DNA of 64,000 bases. Source: Candidatus Hermodarchaeum yapensis (GTDB taxonomy: Archaea; Asgardarchaeota; Hermodarchaeia; Hermodarchaeales; Hermodarchaeaceae). How positions within the stretch are numbered: position 1 is the first letter of the stretch; each line of letters opens with the position of its first letter. The position numbers and the translations under genes were made by a program. Shown here one piece after another: positions 39,368-48,680 of this stretch. The notes beneath the pieces are model-generated. The model had not been told where the DNA came from. It did no database searches and saw only the letters and a program-made list of their open reading frames with translations. Location of the stretch: NCBI GenBank assembly GCA_016840405.1, contig JAEOSK010000004.1, forward strand, positions 49,174 through 113,173. Direction: 5' to 3'.

Positions 39368-39592
39368 ACAATACCCTCAATTATACTGACGGCCCTTAAC
39401 AAAGAATCAATTTAGAGAACTATTTCCATTAAGTAAAAAGCATTTGCATTACAACACCAAATTAATTGATGCATATTCTCAAGAAGAACTGGATTTCTTT
39501 CATACAAACTTATGAATTTTGGCTTTTGGGAGCAAACCTTATCTAGGTTCGTCTGCTCAGACTAGAGTATTCAGGATTCTTCCCAATTTAAG

Positions 39593-41110
39593 GTGTGTTC
39601 AATGGCACAAAATGCAGCAGATAAAGCCGCAAAATCTGAGGAATTGAAACGTCAAATCGAAGCGCTAACCACGGATCTCGTCGATGCCATTGACGTGTTA
39701 ACCCGTGATTTACAGCGTAGCCTCCTCATGTTAGCTGACCGGGTTGAGCAGCGTATGGAAGCCATTGGCTTCGGACGTCTTTCCGGACCGGTTGTGAACG
39801 ATATTCAGGAGGGTGTAACAGCAGAGTCGAAGCGGTTTAGTGAGCAGGCCCGTGCTAAGATTCAAGAGATTACCCGGGCGAAGGCAGGGCTTGCTGGGGC
39901 AGCAGATGAACTCAGTGCTTTAGCATCGATGACGGAAGCAGAGCGAGAAGAACTGCGGAAGCGGCTGCAGGATGAGATTGCGGCATCACAGAAGACGCGT
40001 GAGGAACTGGAGAAAGAATTGGCAGATGCGAAGGTGCGAGTTGCGGATTTGGAGAAGCGTTTGCAGTCGCAATCAACGCGTGATGCACGTCGTGTTGATA
40101 AGTTAAAGGAAACGAATAAGCAGCTATCAGAATCGTTGAAGCAGGCTGAATCTGAGCTTATCAAAGTGCGGGAAGAGAGTCAGAAAGCATTGAGTGAACG
40201 TGATACTGCGGTGAGCCAAGTCAATGAGTTGAATGCAAAATTGGCATCAGCAACAGCAGCAGCCGAAACAGCATCGGCAACAGCAGCATCTTCGAAGAAG
40301 GAACTTGAAGCCCAAGTGAAGACATTAACGGAGCAGTTAGAGCAAGCACAGCTAGCAGAGGCAGCTGCGAAGAAAGAGCTAGCAGAAAAAGTAACCACGG
40401 TTGAGGAGAAACTTCAGACATCAGAACAGGAAGTTGTAGAGCTTCGACAATCGGTACAGAAGCTAGAAGAGGTCAAGACGCAAGCAGCACAGGATTCAGC
40501 ATCCCTTGCGGAACTCCAACAGGAATTATCTACTTCAAAAAGCCACCTTGAAACAGTGAATAAGCAGGTAGCCGATCTTGAAGCACAAGTTCAAACACTA
40601 ACGACATTGAAGGAATCACAGGAGCAGAAGATAGCAGCTTTAGAAGAAGAGCAACTGGGTTTGAAGGAGCTTACCAAGGATCGTGAAGCGATTAGCAAGG
40701 ATAAAGAAGATCTTGAAAGGCGGTTAGAGGAAGCCCTTGCTGAAATCGAGAAGATGAAAGAGGAGTATGCCCGGTTTGCTGAAATCCGGGATCGCCTGGA
40801 AATGTTGGAAACACGGGTTAGCATTCAGGATATTCTCTTACAGAAGAACCAGCAGTATCTTGTCTTGACAGCATTTGCCACCAAGATTGTGGAAGGCAAG
40901 TCTCGTGTGGGAGCCAAGGAGATTGGGTTTGCAGCCGCTTTGGGTATCTCGCTTGCAGCGTGGTTGGATACTCACTTTTTGGATCTACAAGAAGAAGGTG
41001 TAGTGTCCATTCATCGCACCGCTGGTCGTGGATTACCATCCGCAGATATCGAAGTGAGTAAGAAGGGTCAACAGCTTTTTGAAGAAGCAAAGCAGAAAGC
41101 TGCACTCTAG
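39593..41110 (+). CDS. Long coiled-coil protein with a putative C-terminal winged-helix domain
   Basis: About 300 aa of E/K/Q/A/L heptads; C-terminal DLQEEGVV..IEVSKKGQQL wHTH-like pattern. Confidence 0.8.
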   Translation: MCSMAQNAADKAAKSEELKRQIEALTTDLVDAIDVLTRDLQRSLLMLADRVEQRMEAIGFGRLSGPVVNDIQEGVTAESKRFSEQARAKIQEITRAKAGLAGAADELSALASMTEAEREELRKRLQDEIAASQKTREELEKELADAKVRVADLEKRLQSQSTRDARRVDKLKETNKQLSESLKQAESELIKVREESQKALSERDTAVSQVNELNAKLASATAAAETASATAASSKKELEAQVKTLTEQLEQAQLAEAAAKKELAEKVTTVEEKLQTSEQEVVELRQSVQKLEEVKTQAAQDSASLAELQQELSTSKSHLETVNKQVADLEAQVQTLTTLKESQEQKIAALEEEQLGLKELTKDREAISKDKEDLERRLEEALAEIEKMKEEYARFAEIRDRLEMLETRVSIQDILLQKNQQYLVLTAFATKIVEGKSRVGAKEIGFAAALGISLAAWLDTHFLDLQEEGVVSIHRTAGRGLPSADIEVSKKGQQLFEEAKQKAAL

Positions 41111-41113
41111 CAT

Positions 41114-41875
41114 TTGCTTGGAGAGCCCTTCATGTCAAGGATATCTGAACGGTATCAACGGTTTGTTGTGCTACGTGATGTTGGCAAAGAAGGATTGCAA
41201 CGAATCCGAAAATCCAAAGTCGCTGTAATCGGGATTGGTGGATTAGGCAGCATTTCCGCAACAAAACTGGTCACACTAGGTGTTGACCACTTGCGTATTG
41301 TTGATCCCGATGTTGTGGATGCGACAAACCTTCAACGTCAATTTTTGTATCGTGAAAAAGATATTGGCCAGCCAAAGGTTCATCTGGCCGCTCGAAGATT
41401 ACAACCCCTGAATCCCGAGGTTACGATTGACTCTATTGAGGTCCAATTGACCAAAGATACAGTCGATGACCTCGTCAAAGACATGGATGTAATAATTGAT
41501 GGACTGGATCGTTTTGCCCCACGTTATATTCTGAATGATGCCTGTTGCCGATACAACGTCCCTTACATTTTTGCCGGTGCACTTGGAGCCACAGGGAATT
41601 TAACAACGATTCTTCCCGGAAGAACCGCATGCCTAGAATGTATCTATGGTGGAGTTGACGACGCGCAACAACCTACTTGTCACTCGATTGGTGTTTATCC
41701 AACACTCTTAGGTGTGGTGGCGAATATTCAGGTGCATGAAGCGCTCCGGATAGTTTTGGGTCATTCGCCCCGACTTGCAGGCCATCTCTTATTTGTCGAT
41801 CTGAACAGTTTGCGGTTTGATCAGTTTCCAATTGCTCGCCATGAGGATTGTGTGGCATGCAAAAATTGTAAGTAG
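41114..41875 (+). CDS. ThiF/MoeB (E1-like) adenylyltransferase
   Basis: RYQR, GIGGLG, DVVDATNLQRQ, CLEC, TC, CVAC. Confidence 0.94.
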   Translation: MLGEPFMSRISERYQRFVVLRDVGKEGLQRIRKSKVAVIGIGGLGSISATKLVTLGVDHLRIVDPDVVDATNLQRQFLYREKDIGQPKVHLAARRLQPLNPEVTIDSIEVQLTKDTVDDLVKDMDVIIDGLDRFAPRYILNDACCRYNVPYIFAGALGATGNLTTILPGRTACLECIYGGVDDAQQPTCHSIGVYPTLLGVVANIQVHEALRIVLGHSPRLAGHLLFVDLNSLRFDQFPIARHEDCVACKNCK

Positions 41876-41887
41876 TCTAGGTGACTG

Positions 41888-43162
41888 CTAGCCGGCCAGG
41901 GTCTTGAGGGCTTCAATAAGGGTGTCAACTTCTTCGATTAAGTTAAAGTAATGGAAACTAGCTCGCACATTTCCAGCGTAGGTATCCCAAATGTTAAGCA
42001 GGCGCATGAGAGGCTGACAACAATGATGTCCAGCCCGGGTTAGTATCTTCCATTGGGAATCTAACGCCAGACTCAAGTCATGAGATGCCCAGCCTTCAAT
42101 GTTGAAACAGACGGCACCCACCTTCCAAGTCATATCTTCTTTGGGTCCATAGATGACAAGGTTTGGAATTTCCCGTAAACCATCGAGTAGGTGTTTGGTT
42201 AATTTGTGTTCATGTTCCACTATTCGCTGGGTTCCTATTCGGTTAAGATATTTGACCGCAGCGCCTAATCCAATAAGTCCGATGATATTGGGTGTTCCGG
42301 GATCCCACCGTCGTGCACGGTGATCGCTGCGAAGCATATAGTCGTTGGCTGTGACATCTGCGATAGCCCCGCCTCCAACTTCTGCAGGTTCCATTCGTCG
42401 GAGGAGTTCATCACGAACATACAGTCCTCCTGTTCCAGGTGGTCCGAGGGGTCCTTTGTGACCAGAAAAGGAGTAGAAGTCACAGCCCAGGGTTTTGACA
42501 TTAACAGGCATGTGACCAGCGCCTTGGGCACCATCAATAAAGACCAGACATTGAGGGTTAGCGGCTTTAATCGCTCGGATAATAGCTGCCACATCGTGTT
42601 TTGTACCCATGGCATTGGATGCATGTTGGAAAGCGACTAACTTGGTGTGTTCATCGACGACCTCAGTGAACATTTCTGGTAATAACCGTCCTTCCTCGGT
42701 GGGTGTAATGCTGTGAAATTGGGCATCGACATGTTTGGCTAGACGCAACCAGGGCAGATAATTTGAATGATGTTCGATAAGCGTGGATACAATTTTACTC
42801 TCAGGGGTCCACTTCACGAGCGGTTGAGCGAATTTGAAACCGGTGCTCCAGCGATTCAGAAATGGATGTTCTAATGAATATGCAACGAAGTTTACAGCTT
42901 GAGTCTGATTCCGTGTGAAAATGAATTCGTCCAGATCACAATGGAGCAACTGTCCTGCGATTTGTTTGCGTGCGTCATCACAAACTTGAGATGCTTTCGC
43001 TGCTATAGAATACGCTCCCCTTTCGATGTTGGCACAATATTCTTCGAAATATTCAATCATTTCATCGATAATCGGGCTAGGGACTGGGGTGGTTGCAGCA
43101 TTATCCAAGTAAACATATTGTTGGGTGATGGAAAGATCTCGTCGCATGTCTTCAGGCATCAT
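41888..43162 (-). CDS. sufS: Cysteine desulfurase, group II
   Basis: YLDNAATT, EHHSN, DGAQ, FSGHK, RAGHHC, RASF. Confidence 0.93.
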   Translation of the reverse strand: MMPEDMRRDLSITQQYVYLDNAATTPVPSPIIDEMIEYFEEYCANIERGAYSIAAKASQVCDDARKQIAGQLLHCDLDEFIFTRNQTQAVNFVAYSLEHPFLNRWSTGFKFAQPLVKWTPESKIVSTLIEHHSNYLPWLRLAKHVDAQFHSITPTEEGRLLPEMFTEVVDEHTKLVAFQHASNAMGTKHDVAAIIRAIKAANPQCLVFIDGAQGAGHMPVNVKTLGCDFYSFSGHKGPLGPPGTGGLYVRDELLRRMEPAEVGGGAIADVTANDYMLRSDHRARRWDPGTPNIIGLIGLGAAVKYLNRIGTQRIVEHEHKLTKHLLDGLREIPNLVIYGPKEDMTWKVGAVCFNIEGWASHDLSLALDSQWKILTRAGHHCCQPLMRLLNIWDTYAGNVRASFHYFNLIEEVDTLIEALKTLAG

Positions 43163-43419
43163 GATTAATCACCAGAAAGTTTTAGACCGTAAGGGCATTG
43201 ACTAAAGAACCTAAAGATATTACCCTTCAAAACCTTCATGCTAATAACAAATTTTCCGAGTATCTCTTCACAATAATCAGAAGTAACCTCGCAAAATTGT
43301 CACGAATTTCATCTCTGTGGAATTGCCATTAGGACGTGGCTAATACTTATATTAATGACATTGACTATGACTTAACGTTGTTAATTCCCACTAACCCCCA
43401 TTAACGAGGATTCTGAGCT

Positions 43420-43770
43420 ATGGCATTTCCTTGTCAGACCGTTGCTAGAGAAGCGTTGCCTGCTATTAAAGCAGCGTTAGCGAGGGCTCTAGTAAAAGAG
43501 GGAATGACGCAGGTTGAGATTTCCAAACTTCTTGGAACTACAGAGGCGACGATTTCGCATTATATGAAAGGGGAACGGGGAACCGCTGTTGTTTTGGGTC
43601 AACATATCGTAGATGATATCGATCAAGTGGCACACAAAATCAAGGAAGGTAGTTTAACAGAAAAACAAACATCCCAAAAGTTGTGTCAAATCTGTCTAAA
43701 AGCCCGAAACACCTGCGCAGTGTGTGGAGCAGAGACAACCCAAGATTGTAATCATTGCACTCACACGTAA
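43420..43770 (+). CDS. Archaeal HTH regulator with Cys-rich C-terminus
   Basis: PCQ..LPAIKA, GMTQVEISKLLGTTEATISHY..GERG; CQIC, CAVC, CNHC. Confidence 0.85.
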   Translation: MAFPCQTVAREALPAIKAALARALVKEGMTQVEISKLLGTTEATISHYMKGERGTAVVLGQHIVDDIDQVAHKIKEGSLTEKQTSQKLCQICLKARNTCAVCGAETTQDCNHCTHT

Positions 43771-43854
43771 CTTGGCTCAGAAGCCGAAATCTTTTGAATA
43801 GCTACTTACAAGTAGTGGAGAATAGAACACACCGGTTAGGGTGAATACTTCACC

Positions 43855-45063
43855 GTGGCATCCATCCCCAATGTCCTTCGTAAAGAAGGCGTCTTTAGCT
43901 TCGTTGTTCTTCTTTTCGTCTGTAGCATAATTTGGGCTATGTTTTTGTCCATTTCGTGGGGTGCACATTTCGCACCGCGTATCGCGTTAGACGATGATAC
44001 GATGCACAAGACGGTTATCTATTACATGTTGAATGGTGAAGATTTCTATACAGCTTGGCGACATGCAGCACAGGCTACTGGAGATTTAGGTGATTTACGT
44101 ATCTATCGGACGCCCCTCATCTTCTATCCAGTCGTATTTCTTACTGGTTGGGCAGGTGCAGGCTTTATTTTTCCGTTAAGTGTACTTTGTGTTTGTGTCG
44201 CTGCATTGAATCTCATCCTTACATTTTGGACTACTCGGACCATTACGGGATCGGGTTGGGCAGGCTTGGCGGCAACGGGTGTTCAATATACCTTCTTTTT
44301 CAACGTCATTCCCTTATTCCAAATCTCCCTCTTTGCAATGCCCTTCCTCATTCTAACCATCTATTGGGCGTGGACTGACCGACCATGGTTGGCAGGAGGG
44401 TTCCTGGCCATGGCATTTCTCATCAAAGAAACCTTTGCCTTTGCTCTCCCTGCGATTGTTATCTTCTTCCTGATGAAACGACAAGGACGACACGCCCTGA
44501 TCATCCTTGGGATTTTCATGGGAGCATTGAGTATCTATTTTCTGCATACAATAATTGCACAACCAGTTTCAGGGCTCGAATTATTATTTGGTGCAAGTCT
44601 TCCAGTTTTCATTTCAAACCTAGCAGGATTTCTCTGGTTTGGTTTTGGAGCCCTATACTACAATGTCTTGGCTCCGGCGACATTTGAGGGCTATTACCCC
44701 TCCAACCCAGTTCCTGTATTTATTCCCTTACCCGTCTTCTATTGCGTGTTGTGTCTTCAGATTATCTTGGTGTGGGGAACCTTCCTATGGTGGACCGTGA
44801 GATATATTCGGACCCGACAAACACCTCCCAAACCCCTTCTGGTAATGGCTCTAATAATGTGGATTGTACCCCTTGTATTTACAGCGACTACTACGGTCTG
44901 GGATTTTCCATTGTTCTGGATGGAGTATGCCATTTGGCGATGGTTTGCCGCCTCCTATGTGGGATTCCAGTTACTCGTTGCATTAAGCTGGACTAATCTA
45001 AAACCTGCGATAAAAAGGACCTTGGCAGGACTTGTATCATCTACTCCCATTTTTTCTTCGTAA
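43855..45063 (+). CDS. GT-C-like polytopic membrane protein (putative glycosyltransferase)
   Basis: DDD after the first TM, YRTP, IKE loop; about 10 TMs. Confidence 0.65.
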   Translation: MASIPNVLRKEGVFSFVVLLFVCSIIWAMFLSISWGAHFAPRIALDDDTMHKTVIYYMLNGEDFYTAWRHAAQATGDLGDLRIYRTPLIFYPVVFLTGWAGAGFIFPLSVLCVCVAALNLILTFWTTRTITGSGWAGLAATGVQYTFFFNVIPLFQISLFAMPFLILTIYWAWTDRPWLAGGFLAMAFLIKETFAFALPAIVIFFLMKRQGRHALIILGIFMGALSIYFLHTIIAQPVSGLELLFGASLPVFISNLAGFLWFGFGALYYNVLAPATFEGYYPSNPVPVFIPLPVFYCVLCLQIILVWGTFLWWTVRYIRTRQTPPKPLLVMALIMWIVPLVFTATTTVWDFPLFWMEYAIWRWFAASYVGFQLLVALSWTNLKPAIKRTLAGLVSSTPIFSS

Positions 45064-45110
45064 TCGGTTACTCAAAGAAATGCTGAGATGTGCCCTCAAT
45101 TACACAAGCA

Positions 45111-45120
45111 GTATAAAAAG
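45111..45120 (+). promoter_or_regulatory. TATA-like box upstream of the candidate ncRNA
   Basis: GTATAAAAAG about 25 nt before the first helix; no convincing downstream + strand CDS. Confidence 0.45.
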
Positions 45121-45140
45121 CAACATACGCCCCATACAAG

Positions 45141-45360
45141 GTTAGTTACCGGCAATCAGAATATTAGACCACCCTTGAGTTAATGCCTCTTGGTGGAGGG
45201 CGGTGTTGTTTATTCGGCACCTGCCCTCCGAACTGTCCGGTAACCGCAGCAGATGCTTGGGAAGCATCCGGGGAGTATTGATGACCCATCTAGACGGATG
45301 GCGAGAAGAAACAGGACCCCCATATTTGGGGAGCAGAGTGGGAGGGGGGATTCATTTTTT
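45141..45360 (+). ncRNA. Candidate multi-stem structured RNA (~210 nt), family unknown
   Basis: Six helices (see findings), GC-rich relative to flanks, between convergent genes, followed by a T6 tract. Confidence 0.6.
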
Positions 45361-46245
45361 CATCGGTGGTTTCCGGATTTGCCATATACGGACCAAACCA
45401 TCAGCTGATCCCACTGCCAGCCAACGCCTAGTTGGTGATACCGACACAGTATACACCCCTTTAACAGGTAGTTCATACTGCTTGTGAATCTCACCAGATC
45501 GAATGTCCCACATACGAACACCATAATCGATGGCCGCAGCGACCTTCTTGTTGTCTGAAGTAAAATCGAGGTCACTGGCCCGAGATTCCAAAGATATTGA
45601 AAGATGTTCTTCCCAATCTTTTGTCGACCGAATTTTCAGGGTTTGTTCATAGCCTATTGAGCCTAGCCACTCACCATCTGGGGAAAAAGTCACGGCGGAA
45701 ACTGCAGTTTCGTGTCCTGTTATTTGTCTGATGAACTCACCGGAGGGAAACTCCCAGAGAAAAATATCATCGCCTAATCCCCCAGCCACTAAGAATTTTC
45801 CATCAGGTGAGAATGAAATGGAAGCAATATTCCGTCTCAAATTCGTAAGTGTCAGCTGCTCTGTTCCAGATGTCACATCCCAAATCTTGACATGCCCATC
45901 ATATGAACCAGAAGCAACGTATTCACCAGTCGGCGAAAATGCCACAGTTGCGACAGTCTTCCTATGTCCACTGAGCGTGTGTTCAAGCGTTCCAGAGGGA
46001 TACTGCCAAATCTTTACAGTGGCATCTGTGGATCCCGTTGCCAAGAAGTCACCCTTAGCGGCTATTGCCACTGAATTCACACTGTTCGTATGTCCAAAAA
46101 GTGTGTTGAGTTGGTTCCAATCGTTTACAGACCAAATTTGGGTGAGATTATCCATTCCACATGTGATTAGTACACTATTATCTAGAGAGAAGAGGATATC
46201 AGACACATGGCGAGTATGAGCATCGATAACGATGGGCGGATCCAT
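45352..46245 (-). CDS. WD40-repeat protein (seven-bladed beta-propeller)
   Basis: Seven GH..V..VAFS..G..LA.GS.D..VKIW-type repeats; start placed at ATG 46245. Confidence 0.93.
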   Translation of the reverse strand: MDPPIVIDAHTRHVSDILFSLDNSVLITCGMDNLTQIWSVNDWNQLNTLFGHTNSVNSVAIAAKGDFLATGSTDATVKIWQYPSGTLEHTLSGHRKTVATVAFSPTGEYVASGSYDGHVKIWDVTSGTEQLTLTNLRRNIASISFSPDGKFLVAGGLGDDIFLWEFPSGEFIRQITGHETAVSAVTFSPDGEWLGSIGYEQTLKIRSTKDWEEHLSISLESRASDLDFTSDNKKVAAAIDYGVRMWDIRSGEIHKQYELPVKGVYTVSVSPTRRWLAVGSADGLVRIWQIRKPPMKK

Positions 46246-46359
46246 TTCGAACGACACCTTCTGAATTCTCTTTTTGGCTTGGAGAGAACGAAGATGTCTA
46301 TATTGTAGTGTTAGACAGGTAAAAAGCCTAGCTAGTTGCAAACAAAGAGAACCTTGAAT

Positions 46360-47724
46360 TTAAGGCTCATATCCGAGATTGTGGTATAACTGTTCAACCT
46401 CTTTTTTCCAATCAGGAAATGCAGCCATCGATTCGGGAAAGCTACGGTAAAGGTTCAGCATTTCTGCCATTGCCCTTGAGACTTTCTGGATCCGTCGGAG
46501 TAAGCCAAGTCGTCTTAAACCACGGAGAAATCGCCCCGCCTTATCAGAGGCTGAGAGTTGAATGCCCTCTCCTGCGTTTGCACGAAGTAAATCTTCTGTG
46601 GTGATGATTCGATTGTTGATGACAAATTCGAATTCTTCGTTGCCTACTTCTTGGAGTAATCGTCGCATAAGATCCAATGACGCGATTTTTTGACCATAAT
46701 GATGACGATTATACTCCACGTTGAATCCCCACAGACCTTCAGCAGAGATGTCACCGGCTTCGATCGCATCTTTGATAAATGGGGTGGCAACGTGACCTGC
46801 TTCAATGGCCGAGCCTATCCCGCCTCCATGAATGGGATTAACATGGCACCCACTGTCTCCAACAAAGATGATACCATCAGCAACGTAGCTCCACAATGGT
46901 CGTCGGATGGGAGCAGCTCCGCCACCACCATGGATAACCTTGGCATCTTTGAAAATGGGATTATTTGCGAGGAATTGTTGATAGAGTTCCTTAGGTTTGT
47001 ACCCATGACCACCTTGGGTGCCCAACCCGACATTCGCGATTTTCCCTCCTCTGGGAAAAATCCAGACATAACCCCCAGGGCTATATCGATCGTCCATGAT
47101 TATCCAGCAGCGATCGGTGGGTTCAAAGGGAGCTTGTAATTCCAAAACCTCACGGTAACAAACGGCTTGATCATGGAGCGCAATGGTCCTTTCGATGAGA
47201 CGATGTTTAATGCGGCGACGGAGGCTAGCGGACATCCCACTCGCATCAACAGTAACCTTGGCTCGCGCTTCTTTCATGGTATTGGATGACGTGTCTTTGT
47301 ATTTCACTCCAATAACCCTTCCATTGTCTAAAAGGGGTTCAAGGACGTGGGCATGGTCGCGGATTTCAGCACCGGATTTTTCTGCGTATCCAAGGAGGCG
47401 TTGACCGAAGTAGAGACGGTCCACGGTCCATCCTTGGCAGGGCTCGCCTTCGACAAGTTGGCTCACGGTAACATAATTTTGCATACTAGGAGGGTAGATA
47501 TCGATGCCATTGATGGGCGTCCCAAGTTCTTTCCCTTTGGGATAGGGGATTCCGGCATTCTTGAGATGATGTAAGGCGATGCCTTCGCCACAGACTTTAT
47601 CCCCGACGCGATCCCGAGACATCCGTTCCAGAAGTAAGACATTGAGTCCAAGTTTTGCTGCCTGACTAGCGAGGTGAGCTCCTGCGGGACCTGCACCCAC
47701 AACAATAAGGTCATGTTCGGTCAT
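46360..47724 (-). CDS. Geranylgeranyl reductase family (DGGGPL reductase)
   Basis: GAGPAG, KVCGEG, PGGYVWIFP, VGDSGCHVNPIHGGGI. Confidence 0.93.
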   Translation of the reverse strand: MTEHDLIVVGAGPAGAHLASQAAKLGLNVLLLERMSRDRVGDKVCGEGIALHHLKNAGIPYPKGKELGTPINGIDIYPPSMQNYVTVSQLVEGEPCQGWTVDRLYFGQRLLGYAEKSGAEIRDHAHVLEPLLDNGRVIGVKYKDTSSNTMKEARAKVTVDASGMSASLRRRIKHRLIERTIALHDQAVCYREVLELQAPFEPTDRCWIIMDDRYSPGGYVWIFPRGGKIANVGLGTQGGHGYKPKELYQQFLANNPIFKDAKVIHGGGGAAPIRRPLWSYVADGIIFVGDSGCHVNPIHGGGIGSAIEAGHVATPFIKDAIEAGDISAEGLWGFNVEYNRHHYGQKIASLDLMRRLLQEVGNEEFEFVINNRIITTEDLLRANAGEGIQLSASDKAGRFLRGLRRLGLLRRIQKVSRAMAEMLNLYRSFPESMAAFPDWKKEVEQLYHNLGYEP

Positions 47725-47774
47725 TTGGATTCCTCTCTGAGATTATGTGTCTTCCTTGAAGTGTTACTTAAAAT

Positions 47775-48509
47775 TTAGTCTGTTCTATGGAGTGGTTGGA
47801 TTTTTAGGCTATCATCACAAGGTACTCGGGAACCAACAGGACAGACACAGGAGCAGCGTGTACACCAGAGCTCAGCACCCGGTGATAGGGGTCGTTTGTG
47901 ATCGGGACTTGTCAAGCACCGTTCTTTGTTGTATTTTCCGCCTTGCAGTGCGTTTACGGGACAAGCTTGAATGCATCGTTCACAGGTAGCGCACCACGGA
48001 TTATCGGTCATCATTCGGCTGGTGGGGAGTGTTTCTGATATGGCAATGGCTCGAAGACGAATACGTGGTCCGAAATCCGGTGTGATGAGGAGGTTGTTTT
48101 TTCCAATAACTCCGAGTCCTGCAAGGACTCCTGCATCTTTTAGATAGATGAACCCGTTGTGTTCTTTTTCCGGTGTCGGTCCATAGGGGAGGACTTTTGC
48201 TTCAATCCGCCGTTTAAACAGGGCAAGGGCTAGTCGGTAACAAACCACTCGGAGAATTTCATCCTCAAATGCTCGACCCGTTGAAAATCGACCTGCACCA
48301 GTTGTGGGCGGGGCATGAAGCCACAAATCAAGGAGTGGGTCTACCATTTGCAGTCCTATTACGATGACCGTTTGGGCAGAGGGGAGAGTATAGGTTGGAC
48401 GATTTTCTGCGGGAAACCGATCAAACTGTTCTATGGAGGCAAATCCTACCAAGTCTGCGCCCCATTTCATGGACATTTGGCGGATTTCTTGTCCTAAGGA
48501 TGCCTGCAT
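47775..48509 (-). CDS. QueG/reductive-dehalogenase-like 4Fe-4S protein
   Basis: GADLVGFA, AGLGVIGKNNLLITPDFGPRIRL, CATCERCIQACP, CTRCSCVCP; start placed at ATG 48509. Confidence 0.88.
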   Translation of the reverse strand: MQASLGQEIRQMSMKWGADLVGFASIEQFDRFPAENRPTYTLPSAQTVIVIGLQMVDPLLDLWLHAPPTTGAGRFSTGRAFEDEILRVVCYRLALALFKRRIEAKVLPYGPTPEKEHNGFIYLKDAGVLAGLGVIGKNNLLITPDFGPRIRLRAIAISETLPTSRMMTDNPWCATCERCIQACPVNALQGGKYNKERCLTSPDHKRPLSPGAELWCTRCSCVCPVGSRVPCDDSLKIQPLHRTD

Positions 48510-48680
48510 ACATATTCCTCGCTTTTCAGATTGATTATGGTTGTACCCTGAGTTATTGCGTAAGATTCTTTTGGGTAAACAGGAACGTTTCAATCTTAAA
48601 TATAGAATCTATAGAGACTATAGTCTTAATCATAAAAATGACCCAAAACCGCACTAGGATTCATAGGAGACGCAGAAATC

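Noticed and set aside
45183-45281. 32-codon Cys-rich ORF MPLGGGRCCLFGTCPPNCP...
   Set aside because: No SD or recognisable family; better explained as a by-product of GC-rich stems, though not excluded
45185-45290. Resemblance to SAM-I (GGTGGAGGG..GCCC..AACC) or cobalamin riboswitch words
   Set aside because: Key conserved elements are missing and there is no downstream same-strand gene to regulate
45278-45312. Hammerhead-like TGATGA-stem-GAGA
   Set aside because: The core deviates (TTGATGA, GAGA instead of CTGATGA, GAAA) and stems I and III are not found
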